A stretch of DNA of 64,000 nt from the human T2T-CHM13v2.0 reference genome, Homo sapiens. The first letter of the stretch is position 1, and each line of letters opens with the position of its first letter. The translations under genes were made by a program, and so were the position numbers. The DNA is taken from NCBI RefSeq assembly GCF_009914755.1, contig NC_060929.1; one strand, written 5' to 3'. This document shows positions 14,339-26,784 of the stretch, piece by piece. The notes beneath the pieces are model-generated. The model worked only from the letters and a program-made list of their open reading frames with translations, ran no database searches and was not told where the DNA came from.

Positions 14339-14816
14339 GGGGCCAAGATGGCCGACTAGAAGCAGCGTCTCTCAGAGGCTCCCATCAAAAAAAAACAAAG
14401 AGTGTGAATCCTTCACTGGCAACCAATGTATCCAGGTTCTTTCATCAAAGTTGACTAGAAGGCTGGCGTGATCCACAGAGAGAAGGATGAGTAGTGTGGT
14501 GCCACGGCCCACTTGAGAGCCACACGGGGATGGGAAACCCCCTCCCCGCAGCTAAGGGAGGTCATGAGTGAGTGTGATACCCAGCCTAGTAAACTGTTTT
14601 TTCCAGGGAACTGTGCAACCCACGAATCGGAGGATCCCACTCTCAAACCCAAGCCACAGGGGACTACCATCTCAACCCTGGAACGTACAGATTATTACAG
14701 CCTCTGAGCAGGAATCTGCTTAAGCCTATGGAGCCCCCCGGGGGTTGTGGCGACCAGCTCCAGCTGCTGCTGTCTGCTCTCTAAGCCTTTTGAGCTCCTT
14801 GGGGGAGGGTTAGCAA

Positions 14817-14874
<58 letters not shown>

Positions 14875-17800
14875 CAACTGCTGAACACACTAAGCTCTCT
14901 GGGCACGGGGAAGGGCTGCATCCATTTCTATAGCTCCCGGCTGTGCTTTTCCCCTGCTGGAGCCAGGGAGGTTGGATGGCTTGGTCCCAAGACTTGTCCT
15001 CACAGCCCAACACACTGGCTGTGGCAGTCTGAGGCCAGAGTGCCTCTTCAGGTCTAACCCTGACCCATCCTTCCTCAGTGGGTGGGGCCTTCCTGCAGGA
15101 TCTCCGATAACTCCAGCCAGAGGCTCAGAGACAGAATTTGGATCTCCCTGGGCCTGAGCCCCTAGGGGGAGGGGTGGCTGCAGTCTCGGGATCAGCAGAC
15201 TTAGCCTCTCCTCCTGGTAGTTCTGAGGAATCTGGGCAGCCCGGCCGAGTGGGTTTCCCCCCAGCAAAACACACTCTCTCCACCAAAGGACAAACTGCTT
15301 CATTAAACGGATCCTGCTCCCAGTGCCACCCAACTGGGTGAGACCCTCCAAAAGCGGTTGTCAGACTCCTTATAGAGGAGAGATCCTACTGGCATTAGAT
15401 TGGTGCCCCTAGAGGTGAGAGGTCCCAGAAGGAGCAGGCACCCATCTCTGCGGCTCTCTAGTCTCCTTGAGTGACATCTCTAGTCATGGGGGCGAATCAG
15501 ATGAATAAGGCCTGAAGTGAACCCCCAGCAAACTGCAGCAGCCCTACAGAAGAAGGTCCTGACTACTAAAAGAAAGACAAACAAGCAGAAAGTGACAACA
15601 ACAGCATCAACAGCAATAAAAAGGCCCCCATAAAAACCCCATCCAAGGGTCAGCAGCTGCAAAGACAGAAACTAGACAAACACACAAAGATGAGAAAGAA
15701 TCAATGAAAAAATCCTAAAAACACAAAAGGCCAGAGTGCCTCTTCTCCAAATGACTGCAACATCTCTCCATCAAGGGTGCAGAGCTAAACGAAGGATCAG
15801 ATGGATGAATTGACAGAAGTAGGCTTCACAAAATGGGTAACAAAAAACTATGATGAGCTAAGGGAGCATGTTCTAAGCCAATGCAAAGAAGCTAAGAACT
15901 TTGATAAATGGTGAGAGGAATTGCTAACTAGAATAACCAGTTTAGAGGGGAACATAAACGACCTAAGGGAGCTGAAAAACACAGCATGAGAACTTCATGA
16001 AGCATACACAAGTATCAACAGCCAAATCGACCAAGTGGAAGAAAGGATATCAGAGTCTTAAGACCACCTTACTGAAATAAGATATGCAGACAAGAATAGA
16101 GAAAAAAGAATGAAAAGGAATGAACAAAGCTTCCAGGAAACATGAGACTTCATAAAATGACCTAACCTACGATTGACTGGAGTACCAGGAGGAGACAGGG
16201 AGAATGGAAACAAGCTGGAAAACATATTTCTGGATATTATCCAGAAGAACTTCCCCAACCTAGCAAGATAGGCCAACAGGCAAATTCAGGAAATACAGAG
16301 AACACGATTAAGATACTCCATGAGAAGATCAACCCCAAGACACATAATCATCAGATTCTTCAAGGTTGAAATGAAGGAAAAACTGTTAAGGGCAGCCAGA
16401 TAGAAAGGTCAGGTCACCTTCAAAGGGAAGCACATCAGACTAACAGTGGACCTCTCAGCAGAAACTCTACAAGCCAGAAAAGACTGGGGTCCAATATTCA
16501 ACATTCTTCAAGAAAAGAATTCTCAACACAGAATTTCACATCCAGCCAAGCTAAGCTTCATAAGCAAAGGGGAAATAAAATATTTTCCAGAAAAGCAAAT
16601 GCTGAGGGATTTCATTACCACCAGGCCTGTTCCTCAAGAGCTCATGAAAGAAGCACTAAATATGGAAAGGAAAAACCAGTACCAGACACTGCAAAAAAAA
16701 AAAACAAAAAACAAAATATAAAGACCAATAACACTATGAAGAAACTGCATGAACTAGTGTGCAAAATAACCAAATAGCATTATGATAACCGGATCAAATT
16801 CACATGTGACAATACTAACCTTAAATGTAAATGGGCTAAATGCCCCAATTAAAAGACACTTATTGGCAAACTGGATAAGCTGTCAAGACCCATCGGTGTG
16901 CGTGTGCTGTACTAAGGAAACCCGTCTTACATGCAAAGACACACACAGGCTCAAAATAAAGGGATGGAGGAATATTTACCAAGCAAAAGGAAAGCAAAAA
17001 AATGCAGGGGTTGCAATCCTAGTCTCTGACAAAACAGATTTTAAACCAGCAAAGATCAAAAAAGACAAACAAGGGCATTACGTAATGGTAAAGGGAACAA
17101 TTCAACAAGAAGAGCTAACTCTTCTGTTGAATTCATAAAAGCACCCAGATTCATAAAACAAGTTATTAGAGGCCTATAAAGAGACTTAGACTTCCACACA
17201 ATAATAGTGGGAGACTTTAACACCCCACTGTCAGTACTAGACGGATAAATGAGACAGGAAATTAACAAAAATATTCAGTATTGAACTCAGCTCTGGATCA
17301 AGTGGACCTACTAGATGCCTACAGAACTCTCTGCCCCAAATCAACAGAATATACATTCTTCTCAGTGCCACTTATTCTAAAATTGACCACATAACTGGAA
17401 GTAAAACACTCCTCAGCAAATGCAAAAGAACTGAAATCATAACAGTCTCTCAGACCACAATGCAATCAAATTAGAACTCAGGATTAAGAAACTCAGTCAA
17501 AACCAGACAATTTTGTGGAAACTGAACAACCTGCTCCTGAATGACTCCTGGGTAAATACTGAAAGTAAGGCGGAAATCAAGAAGTTCTTTGAAACTAATA
17601 AGATCAAAGAGACAACGTACCAGAATCTCTGGGACACAGCTAAAGCAGTGTTAAGAAGGAAATTTATAGCACTAAATGCCCACATCAGAAAGCTATAAAG
17701 ATCTCAAATCGACACCCTAACATCACAATTAAAAGAGTTAGAGAGGCAAGAGCAAACTAATCCAAAAGCTAGCAGAAGACAAGAAATACCTAAGATCAGA

Positions 17801-20800
17801 GAAGAATTGAAGGAGTTAGAGACAAGAAAAACTCTCCAAAAAAAAATAAATGAATCCAAGAGCTGGTGTTTTGAAAAAAATTAATGAAACTGATAGACTG
17901 CTAGCTAGACTAATAAAGAAGAATGAAGAGAAGAATCAAATAGACACAATAAAAAATGATAAAGGGGACATCACCACTGACCCCACAGAAATACAAACTA
18001 CCATCAGAGAATACTATAAACACCCCACATAAATAAACTAGAAATCTAGTAGAAATGGATAAATTCCTGGACACATACACCCTACCAAGACTAAACCAGG
18101 AACAAGTTGAACCCCTAAATAGACCACTAACAAGCTCTGAAATTGAGGCAGTAATTAATAGCCTACCAACCAAAAAAACCTCAGGACCAGACGGATTCAC
18201 AGCTGAATTCTACAAGAAACACAAAGAGGAGCTGGTTCCATTCCTTCTGGAAACTATTTCAAACAATTGAAAAGAAGGGACTCCTCCCTAACTCATTTTA
18301 TGAAGCCAGAATCATCCTGATATCAAAACCTGGCAGAGACACAACAACAACAACAACAAAAAACTTGCTAAAACAACAACAACAACAAATTGTGAAAATC
18401 TTCAATAAAATACTGGCAAACTGAATCCAGAAGCACATCAAAAAACTTATCCACCACCATCAAGTCAGCTTCGTCCCCAGGATGCAAGGCTGGTTCAATT
18501 GTTCAACATACACAAATCAATAAACGTAATCCATCACATAAACAGAACCAAAGACAAAAACCACATGATTATCTCAATAGATGCAGAAAATACTTTCTAT
18601 AAAAGTCAACATCCGTTCATGTTAAAAATTCTCAGTAAACCAGGTATTGATGGAACATATCTCAAAATAATAAGAGCTATTTATGGCAAACCCACAGGCA
18701 ATATCATAGTGAATGGGCAAAAGCTGGAAGCATTCCCTTTGAAAACCGGCACAAGACAAGGATCCCCTCTCTCACCACTCCTATTCAACATAGTATTGGA
18801 AGTTCTGACCAGGGCAATCAGGCAAGAGAAAGAAATAAAGGGTATTTAAATAGGAAGAGATGAAGTCAAATTGTATCTGTTTGCAGATGACATGATTGTA
18901 TATTTAGAAAACCGCATCATCTCAGCCCAAAATCTCCTGAAGCTGATAAGCAATTTCAGCAGTCTCAGGATACAAAATCGGTGTGCAAAAATCATAAGCA
19001 TTCCTATGCACCAATAATAGACAAACAGAGAGTCAAATCATGAGTGAACTCCCATCAATAATAGACAAACAGAGAGTCAAATCGTGAGAGAACTCCCATT
19101 CACAATTGCTACAAAGAGAATAAAATACCTAGGAATACAACTTACGAGGGATGTGAAAGGCCTCTTAAAGAAGAACTACAAAACACTGCTCAAGGAAATA
19201 AGAGAGGACACAAACAATGGAAAAACATTCAGTCCTCATGCATAGGAAGAATCAATATCATGAAAATGGCCATACTATCCAAAGTAATTTATAGATTCAA
19301 TGCTATTCCCATTGAACTGCCATTGACATTCTTCACAGAATTAGAAAAAAAAACATTTTAAATTTCATATGGAATCAAAGAAGGCCCTGTATAACCAAGA
19401 CAATCCTAAGCAAAAAGAACAAAGCTGGATGCATCACGCTACCTGACTTCAAACTATACTACAAGGCTACGGTAACCAAAACAGCATGGTACTGGAACCA
19501 AAACAAACATACAGACCAATGGAGCAGAACAGAGACCTCAGAAATAACACCACACATCTAGAACCATCTGATCTTCAACAAACCTGACAAAAACAAGCAA
19601 TGGGGAAAGGATCTCCTAATTAGTAAATGGTGCTGGGAAAACTGGCTAGCCATATGCAGAAAATTGAAACTGGACCCCTTCCTTACACCTTATACAAAAA
19701 TCAAGATGGATTAAAGACTTAAATGTAAAATCCAAAACCAAAATAACCCTAGAAGAAAACCTAAGTAATACCATTCAGGACATAGGCATGGGGGGAGACT
19801 TCATGACAAAAATGCCAAAAGCAATTGCAACAAAAGCCAAAATTGACAAATGTGATTGAATTAAACTAAAGAGCTTCTGCACAGCAAAAGTAACTATCAT
19901 TAGAGTGAACAGGAAACCTACAGAATGGGAGAAAATTTTTGCAATCTACCCATCTAACAAAGGTCTAATATCCAGAATTTATAAGGAACTTAAACATATT
20001 TATAAGAAAAAGACAAACAACCCCATCAAAAAGTGGGCAAAGGATATGAACAGACACTTCTCAAAAGAAGGCATTTATGTGGCCAACAAACATATAAAAA
20101 AAGCTCATCATCACTGATCATCAGATAAATGCAAATCAAAACCACAATGAGATACCATCTCACACCATTCAGAATGGTGATTATTAAAAAGTCAGGAAAC
20201 GAGATGCTGGCGAGGCTGTGGAGAAATAAGAATGCTTTTACACTGTTGGTGGAAATATAAATTAGTTCAACCATTGTGGAAGACAGTATGGCGATTCCTC
20301 AAGGGTCTAGAACCAGAAATACCATTTGACCCAGCAATCCCATTAGTGGGTGTATACCCAATGAATTATAAATCACTGTACTATAAGACACATGCACACA
20401 TATGTTTATTGCAGCAGTATTTACAATAGCAAAGACATGGAACCAACCCAAATGGCCATCAATGATAAGACTGGATAAAGAAAATGTGGTACATATACAC
20501 CATGGAATACTATGCAACCATAAAAGGGAATGAGATCATGTCCTTTGCTGGGACATGTATGAAGCTGGAAGCCATCATCCTCTGCAAACTAACACAGGAA
20601 CAGAAAACCAAACACCACATGTTCTCACTCATAAGTGAGAGTTGAACATTGAAAACACGTGGACACAGATAGGGGAATAACACACACCAGGGCCTGTTGG
20701 GGGGTCGGGGGAGGGAACTTAGAGGACAGGTCAATAGGTGCGGCAAACCACCATGGTACACATATACTCCTGTAACAAACCTACATATTCTGCACATGTA

Positions 20801-20847
20801 TTCGTTTTTTTAATAAGAAATAAAGCAAAATAAATAAATAAAATAAA
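14339..20847 (+). mobile_element. Full-length decayed L1PA (older primate subfamily, roughly L1PA10-13 era), antisense to FBN2
   Basis: The 5' end has the YY1-type motif caagatggccg. A ~1.35-kb GC-rich 5' UTR follows. ORF1 starts at the ATG at 15690 and has premature stops. ORF2 starts at 16782 (MITGSNSHVTILTLNVNGLN, EN domain), with RT fragments ([24 protein letters not shown]) and multiple frameshifts. A 3' UTR and A-rich tail close the element. Confidence 0.93.
14818..14873 (+). repeat. Uninterrupted A56 tract flanked by the direct repeat agcaac
   Basis: ttAGCAAC-A55-AGCAACtgctg inside the L1 5' UTR. Confidence 0.95.
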
Positions 20848-21717
20848 GTTACTGATTTTCTCACAGCTTAATTCTTTAAGTATTATCTTAATTTCCTGTT
20901 GTCCCTCATTTTCCACAGCTACTCTGTTTATTACAAGGGCATGTTTCATTCACAACTAATTTCATCAGCTACAGGATATCATTATCTTCCAAACTTCAAA
21001 AGAACCATGATTTAGAGCTAGTGTTAAGCTATTTACAGTTATCATCCACATAGTTGAAATTTATTTTTAACTCTGTAACACTTCTCAATCATCGTATAAA
21101 AAAGATCACTGTTTTTTTAATGACATATATGCACCATGTTTTAATGTATTATTTTTTCATGCCCCATCTCTTCCAAACTAATTTGGCATAAGTATTCAGG
21201 AAACAGTCTAGGAATTTAAAGGAAAAAAATGAAATCACAGTAAGATGTCTTAAAATAGCCTGAACTACGGATTAGTATTTAATTGAGAACTTTCTGACTA
21301 TGCCATGATTTTGAAATAAAGCAGAACTTTTCAACGTGCTTTTCCAGACATTTTAATCATGTGGCAAATTTCATTTTGTTCCTGTTACTGTGTTAATCCC
21401 TCAGATTTTTAGGCAAATGGAGCCTGAAACTTATCTTTGATGCATAAACCAAATCAAATAAGTAATCCTTCAGACATTACTAAACCCTAAAGGACATTCA
21501 GAAAGTTTGAGATCAGATGACACATTTTTTATAATTGTGTTTGGGAAAAAAACTAGGCCTCTGACAAAGTATGAAAGTAAAAAAGCATAAGTATAAATAC
21601 AGAACATGAGAAAAGTCAATAATTTGGAATGTTTTGGTTGAAGTTAAAGGCTTTTCTTAACCTGAACTGTTTCTTTCTCTGAAATAGTGGGTTTTGGAAG
21701 TATTTCAATCTTAATGT

Positions 21718-21900
21718 CATTTATTAATTCAAAAGGTATTTGCTGAGCTTCTACTGTATATTAGGCACTGTTCTAGATGTCTGAGACATCAGTGAATAAG
21801 TGAAAAAGATTTCTGCAGTCATAGAGCTTACATTCTAGTCAAAAGAGAATTAAAAACAACAAAGAAATGAAGTTAGTATGTTAGAAGGTAATAAAGGGTA
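21718..21900 (-). mobile_element. L2 3' end fragment
   Basis: 'atttattaattcaaaaggtatttgctgagcttctactgtatattaggcactgttctagatg...atagagcttacattctagt'. Confidence 0.7.
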
Positions 21901-23572
21901 CCGAATAAACAAAAAGTAGTACTATAGTAAATCCAGTCATTATTAAACTAGTAAATCAATATAGTAGAGTATTTTATTTTTAATAATAATCTATATCCAC
22001 TATATAAATTACATGGTAATCTGTATACTAAGATGTAGTAAAGACCATATGGAGCACAGTAAAGACAGATACAATATAATATAGAATATCTTCCTATAGA
22101 AGAAACTGTTGCACTACCAGGAACTCTATATATTCAGACTAATATTCATACCAAAACATACAGAATTTTACTATCCATAGTAAACAATAGATTAAAAATG
22201 GCATTTGACTCAGTCTTCATCATTAAGGCCTGAGCTGTGTTCATCACTAAAAAGAACTATTCTAAGTCCACAGCTCACATATGTGAGCTTTCATATGTGA
22301 TTAAATATAAAGTCGGTAAATGTTTTAGTTATATAGTCATCCCCTTGGTATCTCCGTAGTTCGGATTCAAAATGATTTTAGAAATAGACCATTTTAAAAA
22401 TATACCTTTTATAAAACTACAACACTAACAATAATCTGTGGATGCTGCTGTCAGGGACACATTTACAAAATTATGCAGAAAACTCACATTTTATTATTCA
22501 ATGAACTAAAGTTACGTATGTGCTCCCCAAACTGTAATTCTCATTTGAGATTTAGGACACTGACCAGGCTTGCTACAATGTAAGATTTACACAGGCCCAA
22601 TAGATAACATCTTCACTTGTGACACAGCTTACTAACATCAATTTGAAAGACTTTGGATCTAACTTTGTGCATGTTTTAATTATAGAAAATAACCCTAACT
22701 CTCAAAGTCTCAAATATGAATAATATTATTTATGTGAATAATACAAAAATCATTTCTGTTTTCCTGTGATCTTACTGCTATGCAATATGAAGGCAACTGC
22801 CATTTAAGAAGTCATTAGAGAGACCATTTCCGAGCTCTAAAAATGGATTTAAGACATTTGATATCAGAGAAGTTGCTAGAAAAAGGTAAGAATTGCGGCA
22901 GCTGAAAATTAATTAAAATAATTAATCAGTAAATAGGTAACAATTTTTGGCTACTTGGATTGCAGTCTACTAAGGTAGCATCCTCAGGGCCCTGATCTGG
23001 CCCTAATATAGAAATCAGTGTCATGAATGCAGTTAGGGAGTGTCAAAACCCAGAGATCATGACCAACCCAGGTTACAAAGTCTGTAATAACTGCAATCAT
23101 AGACAGAGTTCACATTTTGTCTTTGAAGACACTATTAATAATGATAGAGGGCCAATATTAGGTGGCTTTCTTCTCCTTGTTACTTGGGTTCAGATTCTCA
23201 TAACTTGAATGAGATAAAGAGAAAAAATAGGTTTTTCCTGGGTATTTGCATGAGTATAGTTAAGGGAGGAGTCATGCCATCTAGATAAAAATAGAGTGGT
23301 TCATCCTTTGATTGTATTAAATATTTTACACTGTATTTTTACATTTCCCCCAATTCTTCATCTCTTTCTCTTCTCCATTAATGTCAACAGTTGAAACAAT
23401 TATTCATTAGGTGGCTAAAAGATAAACCTTCTCTGGTCAGGGTTGTTAACGAGGCCACTCTTGGAAATCAGTATTCTGTTAAAAGCTACCATCCAGTGCC
23501 AGATTCTCCAACTCCAACAAAAAGAGAAGTGGCAGGTCTGCGATGGTGTGCACAGGCAGACAGCTGACTCAC

Positions 23573-23770
23573 CTTGGCAAGCTCCAGTGCGGATGTTGGG
23601 GATGAAACCCCGTCGGCAGGGCTGAGGCTGGGCTGGACACATCTCACAGGGATGGCCCCACGCCCGTCCAATGGTGGCACAGCACAGAGTCTTCGTGCAG
23701 ACAATGCCTGTCAGCTGCCCTTGGCACATCTGGTTGTTGACCTGAGTGAAACACGGGCCTGTCCTGTAAT
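23573..23770 (-). CDS. FBN2: FBN2 internal coding exon (198 bp, probably exon 6): first hybrid domain
   Basis: The minus strand reads polypyrimidine tract ...tctttcttctcccacattccAG | AT TAC AGG ACA GGC ... GCT TGC CAA G | GTgagt. Translation is (D)[65 protein letters not shown], the fibrillin-2 hybrid-1 sequence (9 Cys, CC pair, [10 protein letters not shown]). Phase 1-1. Confidence 0.97.
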
Positions 23771-23974
23771 CTGGAATGTGGGAGAAGAAAGAAAGACAGG
23801 TTTTATGATCATATACTAATCTTATACCAGTGCCTCCAAATGCATAAAACAGAGACTATTTCTTCTGACCAAAGTGTCCAAAGACAGAAGGCTAGAGAGT
23901 TTCATGTTAAAAATTCATAATTTTCCATTCATGAGAAGTACCTTAAGAGACTTCAATGTATTCCACACTAGACA

Positions 23975-24300
23975 CTGTAAATGGGTGGCTCAGGGCTGTG
24001 TCTGGGATACAGATGTGCCTTCTTGGCCTGAATAATGCTTTTACAGAATTTAAATTAGTAGCCAACATTGTAAACTTGGGAAATTCCACATGAAATTTGT
24101 ATTTCTGGCTTCTCTTGAAAAATTGGAAGTTCTGGTCATGCTAGACCTGCCATGTCACACAGCACTGGTGGGATGAAGTGTGTTTTCTCCAGGACACCAC
24201 TAAATCCCAGCTCGGTACATTCACTGATGTTTCCTTCCTGGGCCCTGAAGGCATCAGCATTAATGACTCCTCTTTACTTAGCAGAGATTTTCTTTTCTGA
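23975..24300. mobile_element. MER102-like hAT-Charlie DNA transposon remnant
   Basis: 'gggaaattccacatgaaatttgtatttctggcttctcttgaaaaattggaag' is characteristic of MER102. Confidence 0.6.
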
Positions 24301-24661
24301 CTAGGTGAACAAGAGTTTAGAAAATTAAAACAAATCAATAAAGATATGCTCCTTCCATATCACACATATATTTGGGCAATCTAAACTGCCTGTAAATATT
24401 CAGTTCTAAGAATCTGATTTCTGTTTCTGTGTCAGTCAGTTTAGTTCTATGGGTAGCCTAGTTAGGAAGATCTCATTAATAAGGCACATAGTCATGAATT
24501 CCTTACACGTAAGTTAGTATTATATGATCGCTCCTCTCTAGCAAGTGACTGTACATTGTCCAGCTCTGTTATGGTGATAACAAAAGCCTTAGTAAATGTA
24601 TGGCATGTGTGATACATAGGCAAATTCTTCTATGAATATTAAGTACAGTCCATTTAGATCC

Positions 24662-24818
24662 CCGCCTCTCAAGGTTTCTATGGACCAGCAGCAACAGCAT
24701 CACTTTGGGGCCGGGTAGAAATGCAGACTCAAGCCCTACCCTGACCCACTAACCCAGGTTCTGCATTTTTTAACAAGACCGGGCATTAATATGCACCTTG
24801 GAGTTTCAGAAGGGCTGA
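24662..24818. mobile_element. MER5A-like hAT-Charlie MITE
   Basis: 'ggaccagcagcaacagcatcac...tagaaatgcagactc...ctgcatttttaacaagacc...atgcaccttggagtttcagaagggctg'. Confidence 0.7.
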
Positions 24819-26784
24819 TATAGACTGCAGGCAGTTGGAAAGTTAGCCCTGGGTATTTCTGCTCTATCCTGCTTTCTTCTGTGATTTACTTTCAGTGAAA
24901 CTTTTCGATGATCGGTGAAACAGAACTGAATCATGAACTAAATAAATTTTAATTTCAGCTTTGTTGTTGTTGCTGTTTTGAGAGATACAAGAAATCAGAG
25001 AAAGGTCAGTTTTCTGAGGATTCACCAATTCAATTATTCTCATTTGCTATAAAATACAACAGAAATACATGAAAAAGTTGTGTGTTTTTCCTTACACACA
25101 GGGATTATGTCAATACAGTTTATTAATTCTTGGGAATACAAAATACCACTCAGGTTTCTTGATAAGGTCTAACATAAATGATATTATTCTACTCCAAGGG
25201 GAAAGCTACACAGATTTAATTCATAGTTTTATGAGAACAAAACTACCTAACATTTAAAGGAGGAAGAGTCAATAATGTTGGTATAATTTTTATGAAAAAC
25301 TGTTTCTAGGAAAATCAAACTTGGATATAATTTAACATTCAAAATGCTAAGCTAGGAAGCCTTAGATATCATATACGTGCTGCAGTACAACAACAAAAAC
25401 CTTAAAACCACATAAAACTTCGATTTGCTTTAAAGAAGAATGAGGCTGTCTCCGACAGAAGCAAAGAACAGTTTAGAAGTTCAATATTAAGAAACAAAAT
25501 CGAGAATAGGTAATTTCTTGGCAAGCCATTTTAACATTGTTACTCTGCAGCTGAACTTCAACAAAAATAGCTCATTTTAATCCCTTGCATAAGAACAACA
25601 GATGTGCTGGCTGCAAGTCTCGTTTTTGAAAAAGATCTTTGGAGTATACGTGAAGATATGGCAACCTTATAAACAAACACACTTCCTATACTGCAAATTG
25701 TCAGGTTGCAAACTTTTAAAATCTATCCTATTGTCCTTCAGATATAAATATTTTGTCATTTTAAATAAACATTAAATTCCTAATTATAAGTTATATCAAG
25801 TTCTGAATACGTGGGGAAAAGTCTGTTTTTTTGCAAAAAAAATATAAAAACACATATTGTTTTTAGGTCAATGTGTGAATACCCATGTTCACATTCTATG
25901 CACTTTTAGGATTCCCAGAATGAAATCTGCACAGTCTCCCTCATAACCAAATTCATAAATAAACCAACTTGACAGTAGATTCATTCCTTCTCCTAACTAC
26001 ACCTTAAACTTATGTCCTCTTAGTACCGTCTCTGTGGAGAAGGGGAATATCTGGACAAGGACAGCTGTTTGTCCTCTGCAAATGACCTTTCTTGTTGAAG
26101 TCACTAATTAAGGCAACCTTCCACTTGGCAGGAATAGAGTTGACCATTTCTTATTTGTTTTGCTTACATTTTACTCCTTACAAAATATGCTGAACCTATG
26201 TTTGTATATGATGACAATTTGCTTTCTGGTTGGTAACTAAATACTTTAAAATTTAAACTTACAATCTTATCTACTAATTCAAGAATTACTACCATGTAAA
26301 ATAAGAACAAATACTAGATATTGTAAAAGAATTTAAATTTCCTGATAGGGTTAAAACATCCTGTCCCAGACTCTACCTGCAGTTTAATTATGGACAAAAG
26401 AGTCCTTAAAATACCTTAATTAATTGTGATTGGCCATGCATTCTCTTCCTAAAAGTTGCACTGTGGGAAAAATACTGATGTATACCATGCTAACCATTCA
26501 TAGTCACAAGGATACTTGCAGTGTGTTAACTAAGTGTAAAAGGGGAAAATTGCTTATCACTTAGTATGTTGGAACTAATGACCTATAAACAGTTATGTTA
26601 CACGTTATGACATGACCAAGAAAATTTTGTTAAAAATTAGGCTGTGAAACACAAATATTGCTAGTTTGATTTTCTAATATCTAAGTGCAACATGGCGTGT
26701 TAATTTGCTTATGCAATTTCCATTTTTATTCACATTAAAAAATTAGTGCAGTTAGCAAGCTCATCAAAAACTTTGGCTGCTAAT

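Noticed and set aside
14890-15351. 153-aa antisense ORF in the L1 5' UTR (possible ORF0-like product)
   Set aside because: GC-rich UTR sequence gives long chance ORFs. ORF0 is described for younger L1PA 5' UTRs, and I see no resemblance.
15690-20640. Active L1 / functional reverse transcriptase
   Set aside because: ORF1 has a stop five codons in, and ORF2 is broken by many stops, frameshifts, deletions and duplications.
14325-20850. Target-site duplication for the full-length L1
   Set aside because: Only weak A-rich similarity (taaagtaaaat vs taaagcaaaat/taaagtt), so it cannot be called with confidence.
23415-23729. 104-aa ORF beginning MCQGQLTG as a standalone gene
   Set aside because: It is the FBN2 exon read from an internal Met through the GTGAGT donor at 23572 into intron sequence.
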